Shown here piece after piece: positions 40,608-55,305 of a DNA stretch of 64,000 nucleotides. The position numbers and the translations under genes are program-made. The notes under the pieces were generated by a model that did no database searches, had not been told where the DNA came from, and worked only from the letters and a program-made list of their open reading frames with translations. The first letter of the stretch is position 1; each line of letters opens with the position of its first letter. The stretch lies in the NCBI GenBank assembly GCA_963727625.1, contig CAVSHR010000012.1:192001-256000 (forward strand), read 5' to 3'. Source of the DNA: an uncultured delta proteobacterium. GTDB lineage: Bacteria; Desulfobacterota; Binatia; UBA9968.

Positions 40608-43600
40608 CTAAACATGGGCTGCCTGAGCGCCGCGCCGTTCGCTCAAATAATACAACACCGGCACAGCGAGCCGTGATAACAGCGTCGATGCCACCTCGCC
40701 GGCCATGAGAGAAATTGCCAGGCCTTGAAAGATCGGATCGAAGAGGATGACCGCGGAACCGACGACCACCGCCGATGCTGTCAGCAGCATCGGTCTAAAA
40801 CGCACCGCCCCGGCGTCGATCACCGCGTCGGCCAGATTCATCCCTTCGCGGCGCCGGAGTTCGACAAAATCGATGAGAATGATCGAGTTACGCACGACGA
40901 TCCCCGCGCCGGCGATGAAGCCGATCATCGACGTTGCAGTGAAAAACGCGCCCATGAGCCAGTGCGCCGGCAGAATCCCAACCAGAGAAAGCGGAATCGG
41001 CGCCATGATCGTAAGCGGAGTTTTGAAAGACTGGAACCACGCGACCACCAAGATATAAATCAAAATCAGCACGGCGCCAAATGCCAGGCCAAGGTCGCGA
41101 AAAACTTCGTAAGTCACGTGCCATTCACCGTCCCATTTCATCGAGTAATCGTTGGTCGAAAACGGCTGGCGGGTCATCAAAGTCGGGACGCCGCTTTGAC
41201 CCGCCGGCGTCGTGAGGTTGCGGAGATCCTCGTCGATCCGCAAGATCGCGTAAATGGGGCTTTCTTCCCGCCCCGCGACGTCGCCGGTAACGTAAACCAC
41301 TCTCTGCAAATTTTTCCGGTAGATGTTCGGCTCCTGCTCGCTCGATACCACGCGCGTGAGTTCGGCGAGCGGCACGAGATTGCCGGCAGCGCCGATGATC
41401 TTGAGATTCTGCAGATCGACGATCGCCGAGCGCTGGGCGCGCGGCAGTTGCAGAAAGATGCCAACGTCCTCTTTTTCCCGGCTCATGTGCGCCAGCCCGC
41501 TTTGGCTTCCTGCAAGCGCGGTCTTGAGCGACTGGTTCACCTGCTCGGTGGAAATTCCGTTGTACGCGGCCTTCTCGCGATCGACGACGAAACGAATTTT
41601 CTGCTGGGCAGCTTCGACATACCAGTCCGTATCGACAACTCCCGGCGTCGTTTCAAAAAGCCTGCGGATCTTTTCCGCCAGCGTAATTTGCCCGCCATAA
41701 TCGGGGCCGTAGATTTCAGCGACCAGCGTTTGCAAAACCGGCGGCCCCGGCGGGGCTTCGGTCACTTTCACCCGCGCGCCGAACCGGGACGCAATCGCTT
41801 GAATCCCCGGCCGGACGCTTTTGGCGATCTCATGACTTTGCCGGCTGCGCTCGCCTTTCGCTAGGAGATTGACCTGAACGTCGGCGACGTTGGGGCCGCG
41901 CCGCAAAAAGTAGTGGCGTACCAGGCCGTTGAAGTTAAACGGCGCGGCGGTTCCGACATAGAGCTGATAGTCGGTGACCTCGGCGCTTTGGCCGACGTAA
42001 TTGCCGATGGCGCGGCTCACCTTGGCGGTTTGTTCCAGGGTCGTTCCCTCGGGCATGTCGATCACGACCTGGAATTCGCTCTTGTTGTCGAAGGGCAGCA
42101 TTTTCACCGTCACCCGTTTCGCGTAGACCAGCGCGCACGAAGCCAGGAGCAGCAGCAAAACCCCGACGAGAAAAACCCCGCGCCACTTCCGGTCATGAAT
42201 CAGATGGCCCATGAGCCAGCGATAGAGCAGTGTCGCTTTGCCTTCCTTTTCTTCTGGTTGTTCGCCGCCGCCGCGGCCTAGCACGTGAAGCGCCGCCCAG
42301 GGCGTAATGACGAAGGCCACCGCCATGGAAAAGAGCATCGCGGTCGACGCGCCGACGGGAATCGGCCGCATGTAGGGTCCCATGAGGCCGCGCACAAACG
42401 CCATCGGCAGAATCGCCGCGATCACCGTGAACGTCGCCAGGATCAGCGGACTGCGCACCTCGTTCACCGCTTCCACCGTCACGTCAATCAGCGGCCGACC
42501 GCGGTTAGCCGGCATGCGAAAATGTCGGACGATGTTTTCGACGTCGACGATCGGATCGTCGACCAGAATGCCGATGGAAAAGATCAAGGCGAACAGCGTC
42601 ACCCGATTGAGCGTGTAGCCGTAGATGTAATAGATAAACAGGGTCAGCAGCAACGTGACGGGCACCGCCGTGAAGACCACCAGCGCCGCTCGAGCGCCGA
42701 GAAAGATCGCGATCAGAACCGTGACCGAAATTGTCGCGATGAGCAGATGCTCGAGCAATTCATTGGACTTTTCCTTCGCCGTGTCGCCGTAGTTCCGCGT
42801 CACCGTGACATGCACGTCGCTTGGAATGAGCCGGCCCTTTTGCTCCTCAACTTTTTTGAGAACGCTTTCGGCCACCGTCACGGCGTTCGTTCCCTTGCGC
42901 TTCGCCACTGAGATCGTCACTGCCGGCGAGACGCCGCCTGGCGTTGAAAGCTTCTTTGATTCGGCGGCCGCGCCGGCGCCGAAAAGGACATAATCTTTAA
43001 CTTCTTCCGGTCCGTCGATGATTTGGGCTACGTCCCGAAGATAAACCGGACGCTGGGCGAAAGTCCCGACGACCAGATTGCGCAGTGATTCGGCGTCGAC
43101 CAGGAACTCGCCCACGTCGACCAGCACTTCGCCGTTGGCGGCGCTGTAACTGCCGGCGCGCAATTTCTGATTGGCGCCGTTGAGCGCCACAAGCAAACGC
43201 GGCGGATCGATCCGGAAAGCCGCCATGCGCGCGGCGTCGAGGACCACGCTCAGTTGGCGTCTTTGACCGCCGATCAACCCGGTGGCGGCGACATCTTGGA
43301 TGTCTTTGATTTGATCATCCAACTCGGCAGCGATGCGACGCAGGGTGAAATGGTCGTAGCGCTCGCTCCACAAGGTCAGCGTCAAAATCGGCACATCGTC
43401 GATAGAGCGCGGTTTGATCAGAGGTTGCGATGCGCCGGGCGGGATGAGGTCGAAGTTGGAATAAAGCTTGTTGTACAACCGGACAATCGCGTCCTCTTCG
43501 TTCTCGCCGACATAAAAACGCACAATCGCCATGGTTCGCCCGGGAGAGGTGGTGGAATAGATGTATTCCACGCCTTGAATCTCCGCGAGTTTTTTTTCCA

Positions 43601-43811
43601 TCGGGATGGTGACCCGCTGCTCCATCTCGCGAACGCCGACGCCGGGCATGTCGACGAAAACGTCCGCCATCGGCACGATGATTTGCGGCTCTTCTTCGCG
43701 CGGCGTGGCGATGATGGCGAAAGCACCCAGGCACAGGGCGGCAAGGATCGCCAAAGGAGTGAGCTTTGAATCGATGAAGGCGCGAACGATGCCTTCCATG
43801 AAGTTGTGCAT
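40608..43811 (-). CDS. RND efflux transporter permease (AcrB family, EEPQI subtype)
   Basis: [37 protein letters not shown]; ATG 43811 after AGGAG. Confidence 0.93.
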   Translation of the reverse strand: MHNFMEGIVRAFIDSKLTPLAILAALCLGAFAIIATPREEEPQIIVPMADVFVDMPGVGVREMEQRVTIPMEKKLAEIQGVEYIYSTTSPGRTMAIVRFYVGENEEDAIVRLYNKLYSNFDLIPPGASQPLIKPRSIDDVPILTLTLWSERYDHFTLRRIAAELDDQIKDIQDVAATGLIGGQRRQLSVVLDAARMAAFRIDPPRLLVALNGANQKLRAGSYSAANGEVLVDVGEFLVDAESLRNLVVGTFAQRPVYLRDVAQIIDGPEEVKDYVLFGAGAAAESKKLSTPGGVSPAVTISVAKRKGTNAVTVAESVLKKVEEQKGRLIPSDVHVTVTRNYGDTAKEKSNELLEHLLIATISVTVLIAIFLGARAALVVFTAVPVTLLLTLFIYYIYGYTLNRVTLFALIFSIGILVDDPIVDVENIVRHFRMPANRGRPLIDVTVEAVNEVRSPLILATFTVIAAILPMAFVRGLMGPYMRPIPVGASTAMLFSMAVAFVITPWAALHVLGRGGGEQPEEKEGKATLLYRWLMGHLIHDRKWRGVFLVGVLLLLLASCALVYAKRVTVKMLPFDNKSEFQVVIDMPEGTTLEQTAKVSRAIGNYVGQSAEVTDYQLYVGTAAPFNFNGLVRHYFLRRGPNVADVQVNLLAKGERSRQSHEIAKSVRPGIQAIASRFGARVKVTEAPPGPPVLQTLVAEIYGPDYGGQITLAEKIRRLFETTPGVVDTDWYVEAAQQKIRFVVDREKAAYNGISTEQVNQSLKTALAGSQSGLAHMSREKEDVGIFLQLPRAQRSAIVDLQNLKIIGAAGNLVPLAELTRVVSSEQEPNIYRKNLQRVVYVTGDVAGREESPIYAILRIDEDLRNLTTPAGQSGVPTLMTRQPFSTNDYSMKWDGEWHVTYEVFRDLGLAFGAVLILIYILVVAWFQSFKTPLTIMAPIPLSLVGILPAHWLMGAFFTATSMIGFIAGAGIVVRNSIILIDFVELRRREGMNLADAVIDAGAVRFRPMLLTASAVVVGSAVILFDPIFQGLAISLMAGEVASTLLSRLAVPVLYYLSERRGAQAAHV

Positions 43812-43822
43812 TCGCGCCGCTC

Positions 43823-44983
43823 CTATTTCTCCGCTGAGGGCTCGATCCGGCTTCCTTCGGCAATGCGCTCGGCGCCCTTGACCACGACGCGCTCGCCGGC
43901 GTTTAACCCGGAAAGTATTTCCACTCGACCGTCGTGCCGTTTGCCGACCTTGATGAGTCGGAATTGGATCCACCCGTCTTTGTCAGCGACGAAGACGCCG
44001 GTGAGCTGGCCGCGTTCGATCACCCCTTGGATGGGCGCGAGCAAGGTTTGTGTCTGACCGCGTGAGAAACTCGCCTTGCCGTAGACTCCCGAGCGCAGCA
44101 GGGGACGCGCCGGCAAATCGATTTTGATGGTAAAGGTGTGGCTTTGCGGATCGGCCGCCGGCACGATCTCGCCTACCTTGCCGGTCAACGCGGCGTCAAG
44201 CGAGTCGATGGCGACCGGCACTACCATGCCAAGCTTCACGTGAGCGAGCGACGATTCGCCGACCTGCACTTCCAGGCGATAGCGTCCGGCCTGCTCGACG
44301 GTCATCAACGGAGTCCCCGGTGACGCCAACACTCCCACCTCGCCGCTCTTCGCTGTCACTATCCCATCAAACGGAGACACAATCTTGGTATAACTGAGAC
44401 GTGTTTGAGCGTATGCAAGCTTTGCCTCGGCTTGTTTCTTTCTCGCTTCGAAGGCACGAAGATTTTTTTCGGCGCGCTCCAGTTCAGCATTGGCAACCTT
44501 GTATTTCGCAGTGACCTCGTCGAACTCCTGTGGGGTGACGGAACCTTTCGCGACGAGGGGCTCATAGCGCTTGAACGTCGCGGCGGCTAACTCCTTTTGT
44601 CCGCGCGCCGAAGCCACCGCTGACTCGGCGGCGCCGATAGCCGAATGGGCTTCCTCCAACGCCGCCTGCGCGCCTTGAAGTTCGGCGCGAAGGTCGCGAT
44701 CGTCGATCTCGATCAGTCTTTGCCCTTTCCTGACCCGATCGCCCTCCTGCGCCATCACCGAGACGATGGTTCCAACGGTTTTGCTTGAAAGCACCGTGCT
44801 CATTCCCGCCTTAACGGTTCCCACCGCTTCAAATGAATCTTCCACCGTCTCCGGCCGAACCCATGCGACTTGGACGTCCCTAACGATCGGTTGTTCGGCC
44901 GTCTCTTTGGAAACTTTCTCCTCCCTGGAGCATGTCCAGAGAAATATTAAGAATAAAACCAAGATGGCTCTGCCGTGCTTCAC
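43823..44983 (-). CDS. RND periplasmic adaptor (MFP)
   Basis: Signal, lipoyl halves [10 protein letters not shown] and IVSPFDG, helical hairpin, VEILSGL.AGE. Confidence 0.93.
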   Translation of the reverse strand: MKHGRAILVLFLIFLWTCSREEKVSKETAEQPIVRDVQVAWVRPETVEDSFEAVGTVKAGMSTVLSSKTVGTIVSVMAQEGDRVRKGQRLIEIDDRDLRAELQGAQAALEEAHSAIGAAESAVASARGQKELAAATFKRYEPLVAKGSVTPQEFDEVTAKYKVANAELERAEKNLRAFEARKKQAEAKLAYAQTRLSYTKIVSPFDGIVTAKSGEVGVLASPGTPLMTVEQAGRYRLEVQVGESSLAHVKLGMVVPVAIDSLDAALTGKVGEIVPAADPQSHTFTIKIDLPARPLLRSGVYGKASFSRGQTQTLLAPIQGVIERGQLTGVFVADKDGWIQFRLIKVGKRHDGRVEILSGLNAGERVVVKGAERIAEGSRIEPSAEK

Positions 44984-46320
44984 GGGCGTTCCCCCGTTGC
45001 CAGTTTCAGACGGGCGCGGAAGATCTGACTGCGCACCTGGGCCAGGAGCAGGTCCTGTTCGGCTTTTTTCAGCGCCGTCTCTCCATCCAACACATCCACG
45101 TTGCGAACTAATCCCGCCGTGTAACGATCCGCTGTCATGCGCAAAGCTTCCTGGGCTTGGACGACGTTTTCCCGCGCGACGGCGACCTGCCGGCGCGAAG
45201 TGACCAGGCCCAAGTAAGCCGTCTCAACTTCCAAATCCGCCCCTCGCAAGAGATCTTCATGCAGCAGCTTCGCGCGTTTGTGAAGCGCCTCTGTTTCGAC
45301 CACCTTCTCCTGTGTGGTGAATCCGTTGAAGAGGTTCCAGCGCGCGTTCACGAAAACCGCAAAGCTTTCCCCGCTGCGGCTAAACTTCCGGGTATTGCTT
45401 TCAATTTGGGTGACAAGACCCAACGAAGGGTAATAAGCCGCCCGCGCGGCTTGAATACTTGCCTGCGATCTTTCGACTTCTTTCAGTGCCGCCTTAAGAT
45501 CGGGGCGCTGTTCCTTCGCGCGGATTTTCAGAGAACCCAAATCCTCCAGGGGCGTATTGTCCACCTTTACAGGGTCGATCAAACCGAATTGTCCTGCATC
45601 AACGCCGAGCGCCTGCCGCAGGCGCGAATGATTGATAATCACCAAATTTTCGGCTTCCATCCGCTCCCGTTCCAGACCTCCCATCAGAACCTGAGTGCGA
45701 AGATAATCGGCGCGCACGGCTAAGCCTTTCTCGTACAAGTCCTTGCTTCGTTTCAATTGAGCGCGCGCGGACTCGAGGGCCTTATCCACAACTTTCGCGT
45801 TCCCGTCGGCCAAGAGAACCTGGTAATAGGCTTCGATGACTCCTACCACGACCTCCTGTTCGGTTCGTTTGGTGCTCTCGCGGGACGCCTCTGCCGAGGC
45901 TTTGGCCTGGCCAAGGTTCGCCGACAATTTTCCTCCCGTGTAGAGCGGTTGCTCCAAGCGGATCTGGCTGCTCAAGTTTGTGAGTGGAGTCGGCTGATTG
46001 AGCGAGCTCACAGCGAAATTAGTCTGCTTGAAGCTTGCCTGATCCAGCAGATTGGAAAAAACCAGCGTCGGTTTGTCGGAGTATGTGAACCCCTCGATAA
46101 CATCGAGCCGCGGGAAAAATGCCCCGCGCGCCTGACCGACGCCGCTCAAGGCTGCCTCGGTTCCTTGACGTGCCGCTTGAAGCTGCCGATTGTTTTTCAC
46201 GGCGAGCTGAATGGCATCGCTGAGAGTGATCGGCGTAACCTTTTGGGCATAAACCACAGGAACCCAGGCAATCGAGAGGAAAAGCATAATGATCCCTTGC
46301 ACCTTTACGAGAAACTTCAT
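44980..46320 (-). CDS. TolC family outer-membrane efflux protein
   Basis: ITLSDAIQLAVKNN, QPLYTGG, YYPSL, RYTAG, LKLATG. Confidence 0.92.
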   Translation of the reverse strand: MKFLVKVQGIIMLFLSIAWVPVVYAQKVTPITLSDAIQLAVKNNRQLQAARQGTEAALSGVGQARGAFFPRLDVIEGFTYSDKPTLVFSNLLDQASFKQTNFAVSSLNQPTPLTNLSSQIRLEQPLYTGGKLSANLGQAKASAEASRESTKRTEQEVVVGVIEAYYQVLLADGNAKVVDKALESARAQLKRSKDLYEKGLAVRADYLRTQVLMGGLERERMEAENLVIINHSRLRQALGVDAGQFGLIDPVKVDNTPLEDLGSLKIRAKEQRPDLKAALKEVERSQASIQAARAAYYPSLGLVTQIESNTRKFSRSGESFAVFVNARWNLFNGFTTQEKVVETEALHKRAKLLHEDLLRGADLEVETAYLGLVTSRRQVAVARENVVQAQEALRMTADRYTAGLVRNVDVLDGETALKKAEQDLLLAQVRSQIFRARLKLATGERP

Positions 46321-46390
46321 ACCGGCCTCCTAACCCGTGCTGTTGAACTCACCAGCCCAAGCTCCACAAAGCGATCGTCGTGAAAACGAA

Positions 46391-48079
46391 TCAGAAATAT
46401 GCCTTCAACACATACTGCTGCAGCATCCGATGAGTATTGAAGAATGAACCGTTGAGTGCGATCGCGTGGCGCATCACGTCGAGATAATCGTCGCGGTTAT
46501 GGTAAAAGAGCGGCATGACGATCCGTTCGAGTTTCTCGTACAGCGAAGCGGCATCGTTGCCGCGATCTGCGCTTACGCCTGCGGTCCCGTCCGGCGGGCC
46601 GATCGACCAACCGGTAACCCCTTCGATACAGCCTTCGATCCACCAGCCGTCGAGCACACTAAAGCTAGGCACGCCGTTGATCGCCGCCTTCATGCCGCTG
46701 GTGCCGGAGGCTTCCATCGGCGGCAGCGGCGTATTGAGCCAGACATCGACGCCCGCAGTCATGATCTTGCCGATCTCCATGCTGTAGTTTTGCAAGTAGG
46801 CAATTTTAATCTTGTCGTGCAGCCGCTCGCGGGCGCGAAAGACCTTTTGAATCTGTTCCTTGCCGGCTCCATCCTGGGGATGGGCCTTGCCGGCGTAAAC
46901 GATCTGCAAACCGCTGCCCTGGGCGGCGATTGCTTTGAGCCGCTCGATATCGGTGAATAGGAGATCTGCCCGCTTGTAGGTCGCCGCTCGGCGCGCGAAG
47001 CCGATGGTAAAAATGTCCGTCTCCATGCCGACGTTGGTTTCGCGATTGACGTAATGCAGCAAGGCTTTTTTCGCCTCTTGGTGGGCCTGCCAGATTTCCT
47101 GTTTGGGAATGCTGAGCGCGTAGCGCAGGCTGCAGTTATCCTGGTGCCAGCCGGAAATATAGCGGTCGTAAAGCTGCGCCATCGGCGCCGCGGCCCAAGT
47201 CAAGGCGTGAACGCCATTGGTGATGGCGTCGATGGTGTAACCGGCGAACAAGAGTCTCGATATTTCTCCGTGCCTTTTAGCCACGCCATTGACGTAATGG
47301 CTCAGATTGAGAGCCAAAAATGTCATGTCCAAGCGATCGCCGCAGTAAAAGGCATTGCGTACCTCGTCAACCTCAGGCCGGCCGAGAATTTGATCTGCTA
47401 GCTCCTTAGGAAAGGAATCCTGCCCCGCGGGGACCGGCGTATGGGTTGTGAAGATGCATTTCTTTCTCACCGCTTGCACGTCATCGTGGGTGAAAGATTG
47501 TCTGCCGTCACGCCGAGCCTCCTCATCCAAGAGCTCCAGCGCGAGTAGACTTGAGTGTCCTTCGTTCATGTGGAACCGTTCTATCTCTTTAAGACCCATG
47601 GCGCGCAGCATCCTCACCCCACCGATTCCGAGAATGACTTCCTGGCACAACCGGTAATGCTGATCGCCGCCGTAGAGATAGTGGGTCAGGGTTCTGTCCC
47701 ACTCGGAATTTTCCGGTAAGTCGGCGTCAAGAAAATAGACCGGCACGGAGAAATCTCCCGGCCCGGCGACGTCGTATTTCCAGGCGTGGAGGGCAACCGT
47801 GCGGCCCTCGATGGTCACGGAGACCCGCTCAGGCAATTCCGTGAGAAAGTCATCCACTGCCCAGTCCACCGGCTCTTCAATCTGCCGCCCAGCGCTGTCG
47901 ATACGCTGGTAAAAGTAGCCTTTGCGATCGAGCAGCGTCACCGCCACCATCGGCACTCGGAGGTCGGCGGCGGCGCGAATCGTATCTCCGGCCAGCACGC
48001 CGAGCCCGCCGCTGTAAGTCGGCAAATCAGACACTAATCCAATTTCCATGGAAAAATAGGCGATGGCTCGCTGGTTCAT
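46391..48079 (-). CDS. glgP: Alpha-glucan phosphorylase (short form)
   Basis: [46 protein letters not shown] motif. Confidence 0.93.
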   Translation of the reverse strand: MNQRAIAYFSMEIGLVSDLPTYSGGLGVLAGDTIRAAADLRVPMVAVTLLDRKGYFYQRIDSAGRQIEEPVDWAVDDFLTELPERVSVTIEGRTVALHAWKYDVAGPGDFSVPVYFLDADLPENSEWDRTLTHYLYGGDQHYRLCQEVILGIGGVRMLRAMGLKEIERFHMNEGHSSLLALELLDEEARRDGRQSFTHDDVQAVRKKCIFTTHTPVPAGQDSFPKELADQILGRPEVDEVRNAFYCGDRLDMTFLALNLSHYVNGVAKRHGEISRLLFAGYTIDAITNGVHALTWAAAPMAQLYDRYISGWHQDNCSLRYALSIPKQEIWQAHQEAKKALLHYVNRETNVGMETDIFTIGFARRAATYKRADLLFTDIERLKAIAAQGSGLQIVYAGKAHPQDGAGKEQIQKVFRARERLHDKIKIAYLQNYSMEIGKIMTAGVDVWLNTPLPPMEASGTSGMKAAINGVPSFSVLDGWWIEGCIEGVTGWSIGPPDGTAGVSADRGNDAASLYEKLERIVMPLFYHNRDDYLDVMRHAIALNGSFFNTHRMLQQYVLKAYF

Positions 48080-48158
48080 GCAGGAGACGACCTCACGCTT
48101 TCCTGAATCATTCTTACTACGAACCGAGATCAACCTGCCGGCCGCAAGAACTTAAAAC

Positions 48159-48173
48159 GCACAGTTTGTGCCA
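48159..48173 (-). promoter_or_regulatory. sigma54 promoter of the glgP-RND operon
   Basis: TGGCAC-AAACT-GTGC on minus strand. Confidence 0.75.
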
Positions 48174-48395
48174 CAAGATATTATTAAGAATGCGCCTGAT
48201 TTCTTGCGGAAGTGAGAATTTTAGATCGGTGCATTCCCAGCCATGGGAAGCAGTTAGGGAACAATTGCCAAATCAGCAGAGAACTCTCGCCGCAAGCTGT
48301 AAAAACTGCGGAGGGGCGTGGGGCATGTATATTGCTCACTTAACCGCTGAAACTCAGTCAGACGGTTGGCACAACTAAATCGGAACCGGATCGTG

Positions 48396-49763
48396 ATGGA
48401 AGGCGAGAAGGGCAAAAGTGCGGCGCCAGAGCGAGTGCTCATTATCGGCGCCGCAGGACGGGATTTTCACACGTTTAACGTTTGCTTGCGGGACAACGCC
48501 GACCATCGAGTCGTGGCCTTTACCGCCGCACAAATCCCCGGCATCGAAACGCGACGCTACCCGGCGTCCTTGAGCGGACCGCTCTACCCCGAAGGTATCC
48601 CGATCTATCCCGAGCAAGATTTGGCAAAGCTGATTCGCGAGCAGCATGTCCAACAGGTGATCCTCGCGTACAGCGATCTTGCCCATGTCGCGGTCATGCA
48701 TCTCGCCTCGCGCGCCTTGGCCTGCGGCGCCGACTTTCGCATGATCGGTCCGGATCGGAGCTCGCTACCATCGTTACGACCGGTCATTTCCGTCTGCGCC
48801 GTGCGCACCGGCTGCGGCAAAAACTCCGTGGTCCGGCGCATCGCGACGCTGTTGAAAGAGCGGAGATTGCGGCCGGTGGTCGTGCGCCACCCTATGCCTT
48901 ATGGCGATCTGGCCGCTCAAGCGGTGCAGCGCTTCGCGACGGTGGAAGATTGCGACCGCGCCCACTGCACCATCGAAGAACGCGAGGAATACGAACAGCA
49001 TATCCGCAACGGCGTCGTGGTATACGCCGGCGTCGATTACGCGCGCATCCTCGCCGAAGTGGAAAAGGAAGCCGACATCATTTTATGGGACGGCGGCAAC
49101 AACGACTGGCCGTTTTACCGCTCTGATCTGGAGATCGTTTTGCTCGACCCGCACCGCGCCGGCCATGAGTTGCTCTACCATCCCGGCGAGACCAATTTTC
49201 GCCGAGCCCGGGTGCTGATCGTCAATAAAATGGATTCTGCGCCCGTGGCCGCGATCCAAGAGGTCATGAACAACATCGCGGCTGTCAATCCCAGTGCAAC
49301 GGTGATTCAGGCTAACTCGAACGTCAGCGTCGACAAGCCCGAATTGATTCGTGGCAAGCGCGTCTTGCTGATCGAAGACGGGCCAACCCTCACCCACGGC
49401 GAGATGGCTTATGGCTCTGGCGCGGTCGCGGCGCGCAATTACGGCGCCGCCGAGATTGTCGATCCGAAGCCGTTCGCGCGCGGCAGCTTGCTCGATGCCT
49501 TCAAACATTTTCCCTGGGTCGGCAGGGCTTTGCCGGCGATGGGTTATTCCGCGTCGCAACTGGACGATCTCGCGGCCACCATCGCGGCGGTCGACTGCGA
49601 CACCGTCGTGATTGCGACGCCGGTGGACCTTGCCCGCCTGATCGCCCTGGCCAAGCCCTGCTGCCGCGTGAGCTACGACCTGGAAGAAATGCATCATCCC
49701 GATCTCGCCGACATCGTCGCGACTTTTCTCGACACCCACGCCGAGCGCATTCGGCGCCGTTAA
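48396..49763 (+). CDS. COG2403 P-loop protein (cyclic 2,3-diphosphoglycerate synthetase-like / ArcE-like)
   Basis: GAAGRDFH.FN, AVRTGCGK, RHPMPYGDL, TIEEREEYE, WDGGNND, EDGPTLTHG, PAMGY. Confidence 0.82.
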   Translation: MEGEKGKSAAPERVLIIGAAGRDFHTFNVCLRDNADHRVVAFTAAQIPGIETRRYPASLSGPLYPEGIPIYPEQDLAKLIREQHVQQVILAYSDLAHVAVMHLASRALACGADFRMIGPDRSSLPSLRPVISVCAVRTGCGKNSVVRRIATLLKERRLRPVVVRHPMPYGDLAAQAVQRFATVEDCDRAHCTIEEREEYEQHIRNGVVVYAGVDYARILAEVEKEADIILWDGGNNDWPFYRSDLEIVLLDPHRAGHELLYHPGETNFRRARVLIVNKMDSAPVAAIQEVMNNIAAVNPSATVIQANSNVSVDKPELIRGKRVLLIEDGPTLTHGEMAYGSGAVAARNYGAAEIVDPKPFARGSLLDAFKHFPWVGRALPAMGYSASQLDDLAATIAAVDCDTVVIATPVDLARLIALAKPCCRVSYDLEEMHHPDLADIVATFLDTHAERIRRR

Positions 49764-49766
49764 ACC

Positions 49767-52319
<2,553 letters not shown>

Positions 52320-52431
52320 GGTAGAAGCGCGGTTATTGGCGAGGCCAATCGATGACTCCGGACGCGGCAACCCGGCAGCGGCTCCGGCAAATCGAAATTG
52401 GCTTTATTTGCGGGCAATCGTCGCGATTTTG

Positions 52432-52929
52432 TCACAACGCGGAGTCGTAGCCCGCTCGCGCCAGCGCCCGGCGGGTGGCGTCCATCACAAACGGACTATC
52501 GACGTGCGGCACGACCCTTACATCCGCTGCGGCGCGCAATTGCTGCAAAATCTGCTCGGCGTCGGCTCCCGCCAATTCCTCGCATTGATCATACATACCA
52601 CCCGGATCTTCTTCGAGCGGATTGTGGAGCGTGAGAATTGCCCGAATCGCCGCGACCACCCGCACGGTCGGCGAAGGCACCAGCAAGGCGGCCGGCGCAC
52701 CGTGATCCAGTCGCAGCTTCGCTGCCACAGAAAGCGGTTCGCCACCACGCCGTTTTTGCGACGCAGGCAGGAGGATCTTTTCTTCCATCCCGATGTGCTT
52801 GAGTTAACCCGCGCGGAATTCGACGTAGGCCGAAAGGTTGATGGCCGGTGGATTGGCAACAGCGCGCTGGAGAAGAGCATCCAAGCGCGCGTGGTCGTCA
52901 GTGAGAAAACGATGAATATCTCCGGGCAT
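52432..52929 (-). pseudogene. Hemerythrin-domain protein with in-frame TAA (copy of 60487-60984)
   Basis: MPGDIHRFLTDDHARLD...FRAG*LKHIGMEEK; TAA at 52804-52806 where the paralog has Leu; same 498-nt length. Confidence 0.85.
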
Positions 52930-52980
52930 GACAGCGTCCTTTAGATGAGTCACCGCGGAAGAGCGAAAACATCGGTCCTG

Positions 52981-55284
52981 TTATGATTTACGGACTAGAG
53001 ATTGTCTCATTGACAGGTAGGTCCAACCGCTGGCAACAACCGCGGGAATTACCCCCGCAATGATGAAAATGACATCGGCCGGCAGCCGGGCCCACTCGAT
53101 GTAACGCACGATTCTTTCGTTCAGGAACGCTGGGCTCCTGGCATGCCAGTAGCCGTGGTTCAAGACATCGGCGAGCTGAAGCACGCCAGCTGGGAAGAGA
53201 TTGCTCACGACCATCAGCGCCAAGCCAATATTGAGTCCCCAAAAAGAAATTCGGAGAAATTTTTCCGGCGTCTCCCACTGAACATCGGTTAATACCTGGC
53301 GCAAAGCGAAAACCAGAAGCGCCATTGCAAGCATGCCGAAGACTCCCATCATGGCGGCGTGGCCGTGATTGGGCGTCAGGATCGTGCCGACTTCAAAGTA
53401 ACTGACGATCGGAAGATTGATGAGAAAGCCGAACACGCCGGCGCCGACGAAATTCCAAAACCCGACGGCCATGAGAAAATAAAAGGTCCACTTGTGCGGC
53501 ACCGAAATGGTTTTGTTGCACACATCGCATTTGCCTCGGCTCAGTTTTACAAAATCCCAGGCGTCGAGCGTCAGCAGCGTCAGCGGCACGACCTCCAAGG
53601 CCGAAAACATCGCCGCAAGGGCCATCGTGATATGGGATTGTCCGGTCCAGTACCAGTGGTGTCCGGTGCCGACGATACCGCTGCCCAGGTAAAGAATCGC
53701 GTCGAGGTACACCACCCGCGCTGCCGTGACATGGGAGACGATGCCGAGCTGATAAAAAATGACCGCGACCATCACGGTAGCGAACAGCTCAAAGAAGCCC
53801 TCGACCCAAAGATGGATGATCCAGAAGCGCCACATATCAACCACGGAGAAGTGGCTGGTGCTGTCGAAGAACATGGCTGGGAGATAGAATAAAGGAATGG
53901 CCAAGGCGGCGTATAAAAAAAGCGAAGCGATCTCGCGCCGCTCCGCATGGTTCCTCGACGGCGCAATGCCTCTAAACAACAAGATGAGCCAGAAGATTAG
54001 TCCTAGAGCGAGCAAAATCTGCCAAGCGCGACCGAGCTCCAAATACTCCCATCCTTGGTCGCCGAACCAGAACCATAGCCGTCCCAATAACTGGTTCACA
54101 CCGAGCATCTCGCCGAGCAGACTGCCGGCGACGACGACGATTAGGGCGATAAACAGGAGATTGACGCCTATGACTTGGCCGGCTGGATCCTTTTCGCCGA
54201 GAGAGGGCGCGAGGAACAATCCGCCGGCGATATAAGCGGTAGCGATCCAGAAGATCGCCAACTGAAGGTGCCATGTTCGGACCAGATGGCTGGGAAACCA
54301 TGCGGATAAATCGACGCCATAAAATCCACCGGGCTCGGCGCGATAGTGAGCCGTAGCGCCGCCGACAACAACCTGCGCAAAAAACAGCAAGGCAACGACG
54401 AGAAAATACTTAATCACCGCCTTCTGACTCGCCGTCGTCGTTCCCGGTAACATTTGCGGATGGATATGCTCACCTTTGCCCTTCCAGCCGAGGTAATCGA
54501 ATTTTCCAAACGCGAATAACACCGCGGCGATGCCGGCGAGCAAGGCGATGAGACTCAGCGCGCTCCAAAGCAGCGCGTCGCCTGTCGGCGAATTGCCTGC
54601 CATCGGATCGTACGGAAAGTTGTTCGTGTACGAGTAGGATTTGCCGGGGCGATTGGCGACGGATGCCCACGCGGTCCAGGCAAAAAAAGCCGTAAGCTGC
54701 TTGATCTCATTGGGGTCTCGGATATACCTTGCGGGCAAACCGCCATTCTTGCTGGGCTCAAAAAAATAAGAAGTCCATTTTTCGATCTGTCGCCGGTAAG
54801 AGAGAGTTTCCGGTTCGCTAAAACCCAAGGACCGGGACTCGATATCGTACCTGTTCTGTTTCAAAAGCTGCTGCGCTTCCGCGCTCACAGCGCTTTGCTC
54901 CACCGCGGAAAGCCGTGTAAAGGGGCCGCCGTATTTTTGTTCCGCAATCATGGCACCGGTATCGAGAGCAAGCTCGTGCAAATAGGCGGCGGAAAAGTCG
55001 GGTCCTAGATAGGCCCCATGGCCCCAGATGGTGCCGTTATCCATCAGGCCGTATTTCAAAAACACGCTCTGTCCTGCCTGGATATCTTCCCGAGTGATTA
55101 CAGTGTCACCGCCAGGGCTAACAATCTTTTCTGGAATGGGAGGGGCGTCCTTGTATGTCCGCACCGAGAGCCAGATCAAAATCGTGAAGCCAAACAGCAA
55201 TGTGAGAATAACGGTATGGCGCCACCAGGGTGAAAGTTTTTCTAAAGATTCGCTTGTCGCCACGTGAACAGCTCCTGTTACCAC
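52981..55284 (-). CDS. norZ: Quinol-dependent nitric oxide reductase (qNOR)
   Basis: G.IWGHGAYLGPD, YTNNFP.DP, RTWHLQ, HLWVEGFFE, GTGHH.YW, HGHAAMMG; exact start uncertain. Confidence 0.93.
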   Translation of the reverse strand: MVTGAVHVATSESLEKLSPWWRHTVILTLLFGFTILIWLSVRTYKDAPPIPEKIVSPGGDTVITREDIQAGQSVFLKYGLMDNGTIWGHGAYLGPDFSAAYLHELALDTGAMIAEQKYGGPFTRLSAVEQSAVSAEAQQLLKQNRYDIESRSLGFSEPETLSYRRQIEKWTSYFFEPSKNGGLPARYIRDPNEIKQLTAFFAWTAWASVANRPGKSYSYTNNFPYDPMAGNSPTGDALLWSALSLIALLAGIAAVLFAFGKFDYLGWKGKGEHIHPQMLPGTTTASQKAVIKYFLVVALLFFAQVVVGGATAHYRAEPGGFYGVDLSAWFPSHLVRTWHLQLAIFWIATAYIAGGLFLAPSLGEKDPAGQVIGVNLLFIALIVVVAGSLLGEMLGVNQLLGRLWFWFGDQGWEYLELGRAWQILLALGLIFWLILLFRGIAPSRNHAERREIASLFLYAALAIPLFYLPAMFFDSTSHFSVVDMWRFWIIHLWVEGFFELFATVMVAVIFYQLGIVSHVTAARVVYLDAILYLGSGIVGTGHHWYWTGQSHITMALAAMFSALEVVPLTLLTLDAWDFVKLSRGKCDVCNKTISVPHKWTFYFLMAVGFWNFVGAGVFGFLINLPIVSYFEVGTILTPNHGHAAMMGVFGMLAMALLVFALRQVLTDVQWETPEKFLRISFWGLNIGLALMVVSNLFPAGVLQLADVLNHGYWHARSPAFLNERIVRYIEWARLPADVIFIIAGVIPAVVASGWTYLSMRQSLVRKS

Positions 55285-55305
55285 AAAGAGAACATTTGCA
55301 AGACC

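Noticed and set aside
48367-48381. TGGCAC-AACTA-AATC upstream of the COG2403 gene as a sigma54 promoter
   Set aside because: Good -24 element but no GC at -12; not counted
52804-52806. In-frame stop in the hemerythrin copy as possible recoding
   Set aside because: The codon is TAA and aligns with Leu in the paralog, so it is a nonsense change, not Sec or Pyl
52981-55284. qNOR as a possible NO dismutase
   Set aside because: Catalytic His and Glu motifs are canonical for qNOR
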